Both the position numbers and the translations under genes were made by a program. From Gemmatimonadales bacterium (GTDB lineage: Bacteria; Gemmatimonadota; Gemmatimonadetes; Gemmatimonadales; GWC2-71-9): a stretch of DNA of 64,000 nucleotides. Positions 45,400-54,269 of the stretch are shown here, in pieces. The notes beneath the pieces are model-generated. The model was given only the letters and a program-made list of their open reading frames with translations, was not told the origin of the DNA and ran no database searches. Where the stretch lies: assembly GCA_035759745.1 (NCBI GenBank), contig DASTUF010000112.1, positions 905 to 64,904 on the forward strand, in the 5' to 3' direction. Every line of letters begins with the position of its first letter. The stretch's first letter is position 1.

Positions 45400-48399
45400 A
45401 TGTCGTCGCCCCATCCGCTGGTACTCGCCGCAGTCCTCCGTTCCATCGAACGGCTGCCCGACCTCCCGCATCTTGCCGGGTGGCTCGGCGCCCAGCCGCT
45501 GTGGCAACCGATCACGCCGCCACCCCGAAGCTGCGATGCGGCGGCGCTGGTCGGACGGCTGGGAGACGTACTCTGGATCGGCGTGGAGTCCCCTGCCCGG
45601 CCCGAGCGTGCCGCGCTCCACGAGACCCGCCGGCTCGCTGCGGAGGGTCAGCAGGCAGTGGTGATCGGACTATCGCACGACCCGGCTCCGGGCGGCCTGC
45701 GACTGGCGCTGGCTGTCACCGGCGGCATCAGCCCGCTCAGTCTCGGGATCCACGACACCGATCGGGTCGCGCACGCCGCACTTGAGCGGCTTCGGCTCGC
45801 TGCCGGTGAACCAGCTTCCACCTGGCTTGCCCGCGCGACGGACGCACTGGCAGGACAGGGCGCCGGCGCTGCGTTCTTTCGCTGCTTTCGCGACTCGCTA
45901 GCGCGATTCGAGCAGCAGATCGTCACCAGTGCATGCGGCGAGCAGCGACGCACCCTGGCGCTGGTGCAACTCACCCGCCTGCTCTTTCTCTACTTCATCC
46001 AGAGCAAGGGATGGCTCGACCATCGGCCAGCGTACGTTCGTGAGGAGCTGGACCGGGCGCTGAACGCGGGCCGAGGCCTGCAACGCTGGGTGTTTGCGCC
46101 CCTGTTCTTCGGTGCGCTGGCCTGCCCGGCCCGCAAGCGCACTGGCAGGGCGCGCACCCTGGGCAACCTGCCGTTCCTCAACGGTGGCCTCTTCACTCCC
46201 CACCCGCTCGAGCGCAGCGCCGGATGCACCGTGCCCGACGTGGCCTGGCGCGAGGCAGTGGACCAGCTGTTCGAACGATTCCACTTCACCGTGGCCGAAG
46301 ACGATGGCGGCGGTCACGCCATCGCACCCGATATGCTGGGCCATGTGTTCGAGCGGGTGATGGCTGCCGATCGCCGCAAGGAAGCCGGCGCCTTCTATAC
46401 GCCCGCGACGCTGGTCCGCCAGACGCTGGACGAAGGGTTGACCGCAGTGGCCGTCGAGCGGCTCGGCATCTCCTGGAGCCACGCATCCGAGCGACTCATG
46501 GCCGGCGACCTGTCTATGTGCAGGTTGCTGGACCGGCTCCGCATTCTCGATCCCGCCTGCGGTTCGGGAGCATTCCTGCTGGGAGCGCTGGAGCGGATCA
46601 GCGAGCTGCGCGCCAACTCCGGGTTGCAGGCGCACCGCCTGCGACGCGAGGTGCTCGCCAGCCAGATCTTCGGTGTGGACCTCGATCCCATGGCCATCCG
46701 GCTCACCGAACTTCGGCTCTGGCTGGCAGTGGCCGCGGGTGATCAGCCGATCGCGCCCCGGAAGGTGGAACCGCTCCCCAACCTCGACGCCAGCGTGCGA
46801 CAGGGAGACGCGCTGCGCGAGCCAGCAGAACTCATCGCTGTGGATGCGGGAGCGAGCCGGGAACTCCGGACCCTCCGGCAGCGATACGCCCGAGCCACCG
46901 GTGGCTCCAAGCAGAGCCTGGTGCGCCAGCTGCGGCGTGCCGAGTTGCTCGCGGCCGAACGCGCGCTCGATGGCGGCATTGCCCGGCTGGAGCAGCGTAT
47001 CGCCGACTTGCTGCGAGTTGCGCGCGCGCCAAACCTCTTCGGCCAGCCAACCCGGCTCGCGCGCGGGCAGCGCAACATGCTCGGGGTCCTCCGCCGCGAC
47101 CTGCGGGAACTTCGGCGGGCTCGGCGCGAGATGAAGCGTGAGGGTCGCCTGCCGTGGTTCAGTGCCGCGGCGCAGTTCGCCGATGTCATGGCGAGCGGTG
47201 GCTTCGACCTGGTCGTGGGCAACCCGCCCTGGGTGCGGGCCGAGGCGCTGGCGCCGGGTGAGCGAGAGCGGTTGGCGCGGCGGTTCCGGTGGTGGCGCAC
47301 ATCCGGTCGAGGCTACCGGCATCAACCAGACCTCGCCGTGGCCTTCACCGAGCGGGCATGCGAGCTGGTAGCGCCCGGTGGAACCATCGCGCTGCTGGTG
47401 CCGGAGAAGCTCGCCACCGCGGGCTACGCCTCGGTGATGCGCGGTGGGCTCACATCGAGCTGCACGCTGCGGACTGCGGCGGCGATAGCACCGGACGCTG
47501 CCGCGGAGTTCGGTGCCACCGTGTACCCAATGATGCTGGTGGCCTCGAAACGGGTCGCCGAGCCGGAGTCGCAAGTGCGAGTGGCGCTCGATGCTGGTGC
47601 CTCCTCCGTTGAGCAACGATCACTCGGCGCCGGCCCATGGGTGCTTGGTCGAAGCGGCGTCGGCGAGCTGGTGTCGAGCCTGGGCGCATCTCATCCGCGC
47701 CTGGGCGAAACGCTCCGTCCGTGCCTGGGTGTGAAGACCGGCGCAGACCAGGTATTCCTCGATCCCGACGATGTCGAGGCCGAACTGCTTCGCCCGGCAG
47801 TGCGCGGGCGTGACGTGCGTCCCTTCCGGGTGTCGAGCCGGCACAAGCTGCTGTGGACCCATGATGCCCACGGCGAGCCGCTGGCAACTCTCCCGCCCCG
47901 GGCCCGGGCGTGGATCGCGCAACATGTCGAGCAGCTGATGGCGCGCAGCGACGCTCGGCCCGGGGTGCCGTGGACCCTGTTCCGGGTGCGGGGCGCGCTT
48001 TCGCGCTGGCGCGTTACATGGGCCGACGTCTCCCGGCGGCTACACGCTGCGGCGCTCGTGGGTGATGCTGCGGGTCACATCCCCCTCAATACCTGCTACC
48101 TCGTGTCCGTAGCCAGCGCGACCGAGGCGAATGCCCTGGCAGCCTGGCTCAACGCGCCGCCCATCAGGGCGCTGGCGGCTGCGGCCGCGCCACCGGCCTC
48201 AGGCGGGTATCGCCGCCACACTGCAAGCGTGGTGGAGCAGCTGCCGCTGCCCAGTGATGTGCTGGGGAGTGCGGAGTTGCAGGCGCTGGCCGAGGCCGCC
48301 GCAAGTACAGGCGAGGACAGTGAGGCGCTGGCCAAGGCTGCCGGCGACCTGCTGGGGTTGGATCGCCGTGAGTCTCGCCAGCTGGCATCGCTGGGGTGA
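45400..48399 (+). CDS. Gamma-class N6-adenine DNA methyltransferase, Eco57I/PglX-like, with C-terminal TRD and an uncharacterised N-terminal region
   Basis: LFLYFIQSKGWL, FLNGGLF, FHFTVAED...MLGHVFE, AFYTP, motif I ILDPACGSGAFL and motif IV VVGNPPWV. The TRD-like segment is CLGVKTGADQVFL. No PD-(D/E)xK motif was seen. Confidence 0.85.
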   Translation: MSSPHPLVLAAVLRSIERLPDLPHLAGWLGAQPLWQPITPPPRSCDAAALVGRLGDVLWIGVESPARPERAALHETRRLAAEGQQAVVIGLSHDPAPGGLRLALAVTGGISPLSLGIHDTDRVAHAALERLRLAAGEPASTWLARATDALAGQGAGAAFFRCFRDSLARFEQQIVTSACGEQRRTLALVQLTRLLFLYFIQSKGWLDHRPAYVREELDRALNAGRGLQRWVFAPLFFGALACPARKRTGRARTLGNLPFLNGGLFTPHPLERSAGCTVPDVAWREAVDQLFERFHFTVAEDDGGGHAIAPDMLGHVFERVMAADRRKEAGAFYTPATLVRQTLDEGLTAVAVERLGISWSHASERLMAGDLSMCRLLDRLRILDPACGSGAFLLGALERISELRANSGLQAHRLRREVLASQIFGVDLDPMAIRLTELRLWLAVAAGDQPIAPRKVEPLPNLDASVRQGDALREPAELIAVDAGASRELRTLRQRYARATGGSKQSLVRQLRRAELLAAERALDGGIARLEQRIADLLRVARAPNLFGQPTRLARGQRNMLGVLRRDLRELRRARREMKREGRLPWFSAAAQFADVMASGGFDLVVGNPPWVRAEALAPGERERLARRFRWWRTSGRGYRHQPDLAVAFTERACELVAPGGTIALLVPEKLATAGYASVMRGGLTSSCTLRTAAAIAPDAAAEFGATVYPMMLVASKRVAEPESQVRVALDAGASSVEQRSLGAGPWVLGRSGVGELVSSLGASHPRLGETLRPCLGVKTGADQVFLDPDDVEAELLRPAVRGRDVRPFRVSSRHKLLWTHDAHGEPLATLPPRARAWIAQHVEQLMARSDARPGVPWTLFRVRGALSRWRVTWADVSRRLHAAALVGDAAGHIPLNTCYLVSVASATEANALAAWLNAPPIRALAAAAAPPASGGYRRHTASVVEQLPLPSDVLGSAELQALAEAAASTGEDSEALAKAAGDLLGLDRRESRQLASLG

Positions 48400-48403
48400 G
48401 CCG

Positions 48404-50599
48404 GTGCCTCGCCTGGTCGCGGAAGCACTCGCCGAGGTGGCGGCGCTCCCGGAAAGCGCGATTGGGAGGACTCCTGCCTCGGCGCATGATGTGGTCGGTG
48501 CGATGGCAACGGCTGCCCGCCTGCCCGAGTCACCCGCCGAGCTTCCCACCTGGCTCCGCCCCGATCAGGTCCGCTGCTGCCGTCGTGCACTCGCCGCGAT
48601 GGAGCGGCATGGCGGTGCGCTGGTCGCGGAGCCACCGGGCACCGGCAAGACCTTCATCGCGCTGGGTGCAGCGCTGGCCGGCTTCGGTGGGCGCGCGAGC
48701 TGCCTGGTTCCTGCCGCCGTCGCGACTCAGTGGGAGCGAACCGCCTCACGACTTGGGGTGCGCATCCGGCTTGCGACCCACGAAGGCGCCAGCCGCGGTT
48801 CACTTCCACCGCCAGACGGGCTCACCGTCATCGATGAAAGTCATCGATTCCGCAACCAGTCCACTCGCCGCTATGACCACGTCGCGCGCTGGTTGCTGGG
48901 ACGCCCCGCGCTGTTGCTCACAGCCACGCCCGTGGTCAATCGGCTTGCGGATATCGTGCACCAGCTGCAACTGGTGCTTTCGGACGACGCGCTTGCGCCA
49001 TGGGGCGTACCCTCGCTGGCAGGGTTGACGAAGGCGGAGTCGCTGCCGGAGGCCATCTGCCGGGTGGTGATGCGCTCACCCGGACACCAGTCACTCCCCC
49101 GGCGCGAGCAATGGCAGGAGCGGCCTTTGGCGGCTCGATCGATGCACCCGCTGCTTCGTGGCATCGACCAGCTCGCACTCGATGCCGATGCGCCGGTGGC
49201 GGGGCTGGTGCGCGGGGTGCTGGTCCGTGCCGCCGCCTCCAGTCCCGCGGCCTTGCTGGCAGCGTTGATCCGCTACCGTGCGCTGCTGGAGTCGGCCCGA
49301 GACGCAGGCGAAGCGGGACGAGCCCTGTCGCGCGCTGCGCTCCGGCGGTGGGCCGGCGTCGACGGGCAACTGGTGATGTGGCCCCTGATTCCGGACGAAG
49401 GCGAGATGGTGCGATTGCCGCTCGGTGACCTTGCCCGGTTGGATCGACTGATCGAAGCGGCGAGGCGCGCCGGTACGCTCCGCGACCCCCGTGCCGAGCG
49501 CCTGAGCGCACTGCTCCAGGACGGTCGCAGAACGCTGGTGTTCACCACTGCCCGAGCGACCGTACACTATGTCGCCCGCCGACTGGGCCGTCATCGGGTG
49601 GCCTGGTGCACCGGCGATGACGCCGGCATCGGGATGGAGCGCTGCGATCGCGACACCGTCCTCGGACTCTTCCGGCCGGGCCCGGCGCACGAGCGCGCAC
49701 CCCGGGTGCTGGTCACCAGCGACGTCTCCTCGGAGGGACTCGACCTCCACGGCGCCGAGCGGGTGGTGCACTATGACCTGCCCTGGACGCCGTCCAGGCT
49801 GGAACAGCGGGAAGGCCGGGCCATCCGGCACGGCGCGGCACATGAAGTGGCGGAAGTGGTGCGCTTCCTTCCGCCCAGGGTGGTGGAGCGGCGGCTGGGC
49901 CAGCAACGGATACTCCATCACAAGGCGTCACTGCCGGTCCGAGCCCAGTTGCTCAACCAGGACCTGCTGGCGTGGCCGGAGCTGCTGGAGGAGTTGGCAG
50001 GACAGGATGATCCCGGGCCCCTCTTCGCTGTTGTGCGTGACGACGGCCCGCGCGGCCTGCTCGCGGCATTGCAGCTCGTCGGTCACGATGGCACCGGCTC
50101 GCATCCGGCTGGGGCACGGCTGACCTGGCTTCCGGCCATCGGTGCGATTCGGGAAGACGTGCAGGCGCTCGCGGCCGCGTTGCGACGGGCACGCGACGCC
50201 AATGGTGTTCTGGTTCCGGCAGACAGCGAGCTGCGCCGAAGTGAGCAGGCGATCCTGGCGGGTGCACTGGCGAAGGCCAGCGTTGATTCGCTCGGCGTCG
50301 CGCCCGGTGCCGACCGCCGCGCGTCGCGTGCGCTGATTCGCAGGCTGGGGCTGCTGGCGGGCGAGGCCGCCCGTCGACGCGACATTGCCGGCTTTGAGCG
50401 CTGGTCCCGCGCCTCGCAATGGCTGGCCCGCAACCGCACCGCCGGAAGCGAGCGGGTGGCGGCGCAGCTGGTCGGTGCCTCCGCTCCCGAACTCCAGCAG
50501 CTGGCGTCGGCCCTGCCGCCCCCGCCCCCGTTGCTCACCTGGGAACTTCGGGCCACGCACCTCATCGCCTTCCGTTCGGCAACCGACTCGCTACGTTGA
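48404..50599 (+). CDS. SNF2/SF2-family helicase-like ATPase
   Basis: Motif I EPPGTGKT, motif II VIDESHRF, motif III LTATPVVN, and motifs V/VI TSDVSSEGLDL...LEQREGRAIRHG. The start is GTG 48404 (4 nt after the methyltransferase stop) or GTG 48368. The ORF-track start at 48131 lies inside the methyltransferase gene. Confidence 0.8.
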   Translation: MPRLVAEALAEVAALPESAIGRTPASAHDVVGAMATAARLPESPAELPTWLRPDQVRCCRRALAAMERHGGALVAEPPGTGKTFIALGAALAGFGGRASCLVPAAVATQWERTASRLGVRIRLATHEGASRGSLPPPDGLTVIDESHRFRNQSTRRYDHVARWLLGRPALLLTATPVVNRLADIVHQLQLVLSDDALAPWGVPSLAGLTKAESLPEAICRVVMRSPGHQSLPRREQWQERPLAARSMHPLLRGIDQLALDADAPVAGLVRGVLVRAAASSPAALLAALIRYRALLESARDAGEAGRALSRAALRRWAGVDGQLVMWPLIPDEGEMVRLPLGDLARLDRLIEAARRAGTLRDPRAERLSALLQDGRRTLVFTTARATVHYVARRLGRHRVAWCTGDDAGIGMERCDRDTVLGLFRPGPAHERAPRVLVTSDVSSEGLDLHGAERVVHYDLPWTPSRLEQREGRAIRHGAAHEVAEVVRFLPPRVVERRLGQQRILHHKASLPVRAQLLNQDLLAWPELLEELAGQDDPGPLFAVVRDDGPRGLLAALQLVGHDGTGSHPAGARLTWLPAIGAIREDVQALAAALRRARDANGVLVPADSELRRSEQAILAGALAKASVDSLGVAPGADRRASRALIRRLGLLAGEAARRRDIAGFERWSRASQWLARNRTAGSERVAAQLVGASAPELQQLASALPPPPPLLTWELRATHLIAFRSATDSLR

Positions 50600-50603
50600 G
50601 CGC

Positions 50604-51251
50604 ATGACGCGCCTCACTACCGTGCTGTTCGACCTCGACGGCACACTGATCGACTCGATTCGCCTCATCCTCGACAGCTATCACCACACCCTCTCGTCCC
50701 ACGGCATTGCTGCCCGGAGCGACGATGAGTGGCTGCGCGGCATCGGTACGCCGCTGCGGGTGCAGTTCGCCGAGTGGGCCGAATCGCCCGGCATCGAAGC
50801 CATGATCGCCACCTACCGCGACTACAACCTGGCCCATCACGACACCCGGGTCCTGCCCTACCCCGGCATCGTGGACATGGTCCGTGCGGTGCGGCACGCA
50901 GGCCTCCTGACCGGGCTGGTCACGAGCAAGAACCGGACGGGCGCGATGCGCGGCCTCCGGCTTTGCGGCCTGGACCAGGAGATGAATGTGCTGGTGGGTG
51001 CGGACGACGTGGAACAACCCAAGCCGCATCCCGAGCCCGTTCTGCGGGCCCTGAGCGAATTGGGCCAGCCGCCGGAAGCGGCGATGTATGTCGGCGACAG
51101 CATCCACGATATGGAGGCTGGCCGGGCGGCGGGGGTGCTTACGGCAGCGGTGCTCTGGGGACCATTTGGGCGTGATCACCTGGAGGGCAGTCAGCCCGAC
51201 TACTGGCTGGAGCGCCCGGACCAGTTGGAGCCACTCGTTCGCTTGCTTTGA
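50604..51251 (+). CDS. HAD-superfamily phosphatase (PpaX/Gph-like)
   Basis: VLFDLDGTLIDS, LVTSK and YVGDSIHDMEAGRAAG motifs. ATG lies 4 nt after the helicase stop. Confidence 0.85.
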   Translation: MTRLTTVLFDLDGTLIDSIRLILDSYHHTLSSHGIAARSDDEWLRGIGTPLRVQFAEWAESPGIEAMIATYRDYNLAHHDTRVLPYPGIVDMVRAVRHAGLLTGLVTSKNRTGAMRGLRLCGLDQEMNVLVGADDVEQPKPHPEPVLRALSELGQPPEAAMYVGDSIHDMEAGRAAGVLTAAVLWGPFGRDHLEGSQPDYWLERPDQLEPLVRLL

Positions 51252-51257
51252 ACGTTT

Positions 51258-51322
51258 CGCGCCATCGGGGCGGTCCCCGCAGGCAGGTCACGTATCTGCC
51301 GGAGGGGACCGCCCCGATGGCG
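51258..51322. repeat. Palindromic hairpin element, copy B (perfect 20-bp stem)
   Basis: GCGCCATCGGGGCGGTCCCC - 25-nt loop GCAGGCAGGTCACGTATCTGCCGGA - GGGGACCGCCCCGATGGCGC. It lies immediately after the HAD gene stop. Confidence 0.8.
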
Positions 51323-51391
51323 CGCCACTCTTGCCCCGTCTCGTGTGTGCGGTATTTTCCGGCGCCTCCCCTCCGTTACTTGGACGTGACA

Positions 51392-52012
51392 ATGCGCCTC
51401 CTGCCGCGCGATGAGAAGTTCTTTGAGCTCTTCAATGCCGTCGCCCAACTTAACGTCGAAGCCGCCAAGTTATTGCATGACTTGGTGATAGCGCCTCCGG
51501 ACGAGCGCCGGCCAATCGTGGATGCCATCAAGCGACTGGAGCACGAGGCCGACGAAATGACCCACGAGGTGGTGAACCGGCTCGACCGGACATTCATCAC
51601 CCCGCTCGATCGGGAAGACATCCACATGCTGGCGTCCCGGCTCGACGACGTGATGGACCTGATGGACGGCACCGCCCGCCGGGTTCAGATGTTCCACGCC
51701 GCCGAAGCGCCTGCGGGCGCGATACGCATGGCCGGCGTCATCCATCGCACCTGCGAGCAGCTGCTGCAGGGCGTGCGGCACCTCGAGAATCCCAAGAACG
51801 GATCGGTCCTGGAAGCCTGCAAGCAGGTCAAGCTCCTCGAGGAGGAGGGCGACTCACTCTACCACGAGTGGGTGGGCCGGCTGTTTGAGGGCTCACCCAA
51901 CGCGCTTGAAGTCATCAAGTGGAAGGGGATCTACGACAACCTCGAGCGCACCCTCGACCAGGCCGAGGATGTCGCCAACGTGCTGGAGTCCGTCTTCATC
52001 AAGCACGTCTGA
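51392..52012 (+). CDS. DUF47 / PhoU-like protein (putative Pit accessory protein)
   Basis: MRLLPRDEKFFELF...IKRLEHEADEMTHEV...TPLDREDIHMLASRLDDVMD is typical of DUF47. It is followed by a Pit gene. Confidence 0.8.
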   Translation: MRLLPRDEKFFELFNAVAQLNVEAAKLLHDLVIAPPDERRPIVDAIKRLEHEADEMTHEVVNRLDRTFITPLDREDIHMLASRLDDVMDLMDGTARRVQMFHAAEAPAGAIRMAGVIHRTCEQLLQGVRHLENPKNGSVLEACKQVKLLEEEGDSLYHEWVGRLFEGSPNALEVIKWKGIYDNLERTLDQAEDVANVLESVFIKHV

Positions 52013-52014
52013 GC

Positions 52015-53043
52015 ATGGATCCGGCTACATACGTCATCGTCATCGTCGTGGTGGCGTTGCTATTCGATTTCATCAACGGATTTCACGACAGCGCCAATTC
52101 GATCGCCACCGTGGTCTCGACCCGGGTGCTCTCCCCGGGGGTCGCGGTATTCTGGGCGGCATTCTTCAACTTTGCTGCGGCCTTCATCGTTGGCACTGCC
52201 GTGGCGAAGACCGTCAGCAGCGGCCTCATCGACCCGTCCATCGTGTCGGCGAACGTGGTCCTCGCCGGTCTGCTGGGCGCCATCATCTGGGATCTCGTCA
52301 CCTGGTGGCTCGGGCTTCCCACATCGAGCTCGCATGCACTGCTCGGCGGTTACGGCGGCGCCGCGATCGCCAGCGCCGGCTTCGATGCGCTGATCCTGAG
52401 CGGGTGGGTCAAGCCGATCGTGTTCATAGTGTTTTCCCCGCTGCTCGGCTTCATCCTCGCCTTGTCACTCACCGTAGGCCTCAGCTGGCTGCTCCGGTAC
52501 GCTCGGCCCGGACCAGTGGACAAGGCATTCCGAAAGCTCCAGCTGGTTTCCGCGGGGCTCTATTCCCTCAGCCACGGTGCCAACGACGCCCAGAAGACGA
52601 TGGGCATCATCGTCGGGCTGCTGGTGGCGTCGCAGGGACTCTTCGCCCAGAGCGACGGCTGGACCCGCTTTCTCTACACGCCGACGGCCGACCACATCCC
52701 ATTGTGGGTGGAGCTGTCGGCCTACAGCTCGATCGCGCTGGGCACGGCGCTTGGTGGGTGGCGAATCGTGAAGACCATGGGCAGCAAGATCACGCGGCTC
52801 CGGCCGTTCGGCGGATTCTGCGCCGAGACCGCAGGCGGAATTTCCGTGATGCTCGCGTCGGCATTCGGAGTGCCGGTGAGCACGACGCACACGATTACGG
52901 GCGCCATCGTGGGTGTGGGTTCAGCTCGGCGGGCGTCGTCGGTGCGGTGGAACGTGGCGACGCGGATTGTGTGGGCCTGGGTTTTGACGATGCCGCTGGC
53001 GGCGGTGATCGCGGCGCTCTGCTACCTGGTCCTCGCTACCTGA
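52015..53043 (+). CDS. pit: Inorganic phosphate transporter, PiT (PHO4) family
   Basis: FDFINGFHDSANSIATVVSTR and ...SHGANDAQKTMG... signatures. Confidence 0.9.
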   Translation: MDPATYVIVIVVVALLFDFINGFHDSANSIATVVSTRVLSPGVAVFWAAFFNFAAAFIVGTAVAKTVSSGLIDPSIVSANVVLAGLLGAIIWDLVTWWLGLPTSSSHALLGGYGGAAIASAGFDALILSGWVKPIVFIVFSPLLGFILALSLTVGLSWLLRYARPGPVDKAFRKLQLVSAGLYSLSHGANDAQKTMGIIVGLLVASQGLFAQSDGWTRFLYTPTADHIPLWVELSAYSSIALGTALGGWRIVKTMGSKITRLRPFGGFCAETAGGISVMLASAFGVPVSTTHTITGAIVGVGSARRASSVRWNVATRIVWAWVLTMPLAAVIAALCYLVLAT

Positions 53044-53052
53044 CCCGCGGCC

Positions 53053-54198
53053 TCAGGCGGCCCGCAGTGCATCGTACGACTTCGCGACATTCCGGTATTG
53101 CGCAAGCAGGGCCTCGTCCACGGCGTCCCAGCGGCGTGCGGCCGCGGTGGCCAGCGCGCCGTGCGTGAGCTGGCGCCGCAGGAGTGGATCGGACAGCACG
53201 CGGTTCAGCCCATCTACCAGCGCCGGCACCGAGTTGGGAGCCACCAGCAAGGCGTTCCGCCCATCTTCAGCAAACTCCAGCACCCCACCCGCGGCGGCGG
53301 CCACTGACGGCAGCCCCGAAGCCATCGCTTCCAGTAGCACGTTCCCGAAGGTCTCGGTCACACTCGGAAAGGCAAACGCATCGGCGGAGGCATACGCCCG
53401 CGAGAGTGCGGCCCCGGAGAGCACGCCGGTCAGGTGCACTCCCGATTCCCGTCGCTGGCGCAGCTCGGCTTCCAAGGGCCCCTCACCTACCAGCAGCAGT
53501 CGCGCGTCAGGGTGCGTCGGATGGATGGCGCGCCATGCCTCGATCAGCAGGTCGAGGTTCTTTTCCCGTGCCAGCCGCCCGACGTAGGCGATCACCTGTG
53601 CGTCGGGGCCCGCTCCGATGGAAGCGCGAAAGGCATCGTCACGAAATGCGGGATCGAAGCGGCGTGCATCCACTCCCCGGGTCCAGACATCGGTGTGGGA
53701 CACGCCTCGCGCATTGAGGTGCTTCTCGTAGATCCGGGTTGGGGTCAGCACCTGCTCGGCCTGATTGTAGAACCAGCGGAGATATTTCCAGCCCGGCCGG
53801 AGCGCCCAGCCAACATGGTAGCGGGCGGCGTAGCTCTCGTAATCGGTGTGGGCCGAGGCCACCACCGGAATCGACAGCTCGCGGGCGACGCGAATGCCAG
53901 CATAACCGAGCGCGAACTCGGTGGCGACGTGTACCAGGTCGGGACGAAAGGCGGTCACGTCCTCGACCAGCGCCCGGTGGCGGGGAAAGGCCCACTGCAC
54001 GTCGGGATACAGGAAGAGGGGCGTGCTCCTGGAACGGTGCACCTCCGGGCGATCGCCCTGCGCCGGCAGCGAATACGTCGCGGTGTACACCCGCACGGCG
54101 TGACCGCGGGCCATCAGGCTGTCGGCCAACCGGGTGAGCGTGATACCCACCCCACTGACCATCGGCCAGTAGACCTCGGAGAATATTGCGACCCGCAT
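53053..54198 (-). CDS. Family 4 (GT-B) glycosyltransferase
   Basis: MRVAIFSEVYWPMVSGVG... and the C-terminal E-x7-E region (...FPSVTETFGNVLLEAMASGLP...). Confidence 0.8.
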   Translation of the reverse strand: MRVAIFSEVYWPMVSGVGITLTRLADSLMARGHAVRVYTATYSLPAQGDRPEVHRSRSTPLFLYPDVQWAFPRHRALVEDVTAFRPDLVHVATEFALGYAGIRVARELSIPVVASAHTDYESYAARYHVGWALRPGWKYLRWFYNQAEQVLTPTRIYEKHLNARGVSHTDVWTRGVDARRFDPAFRDDAFRASIGAGPDAQVIAYVGRLAREKNLDLLIEAWRAIHPTHPDARLLLVGEGPLEAELRQRRESGVHLTGVLSGAALSRAYASADAFAFPSVTETFGNVLLEAMASGLPSVAAAAGGVLEFAEDGRNALLVAPNSVPALVDGLNRVLSDPLLRRQLTHGALATAAARRWDAVDEALLAQYRNVAKSYDALRAA

Positions 54199-54269
54199 CC
54201 GCGAAGCATCCATTGCCTTTAAGTTACCGCAATGCATGACTCACCCGCGACCCGCAGCCTCCGGCTGCC

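Noticed and set aside
45105-45785. 226-aa ORF spanning the intergenic repeat and the 5' end of the methyltransferase gene, considered as an extra upstream gene of the cassette.
   Set aside because: The translation is Arg/Pro-rich and low-complexity. It overlaps the methyltransferase coding frame and runs through repeat DNA, so there is no coding support.
48131-48403. The ORF-track start (48131) of the helicase, which implies a 269-nt overlap with the methyltransferase gene.
   Set aside because: The overlapping part translates to Arg/Trp/Pro-rich sequence with no helicase features. GTG 48404 (or 48368) lies just at the methyltransferase stop and fits a coupled operon.
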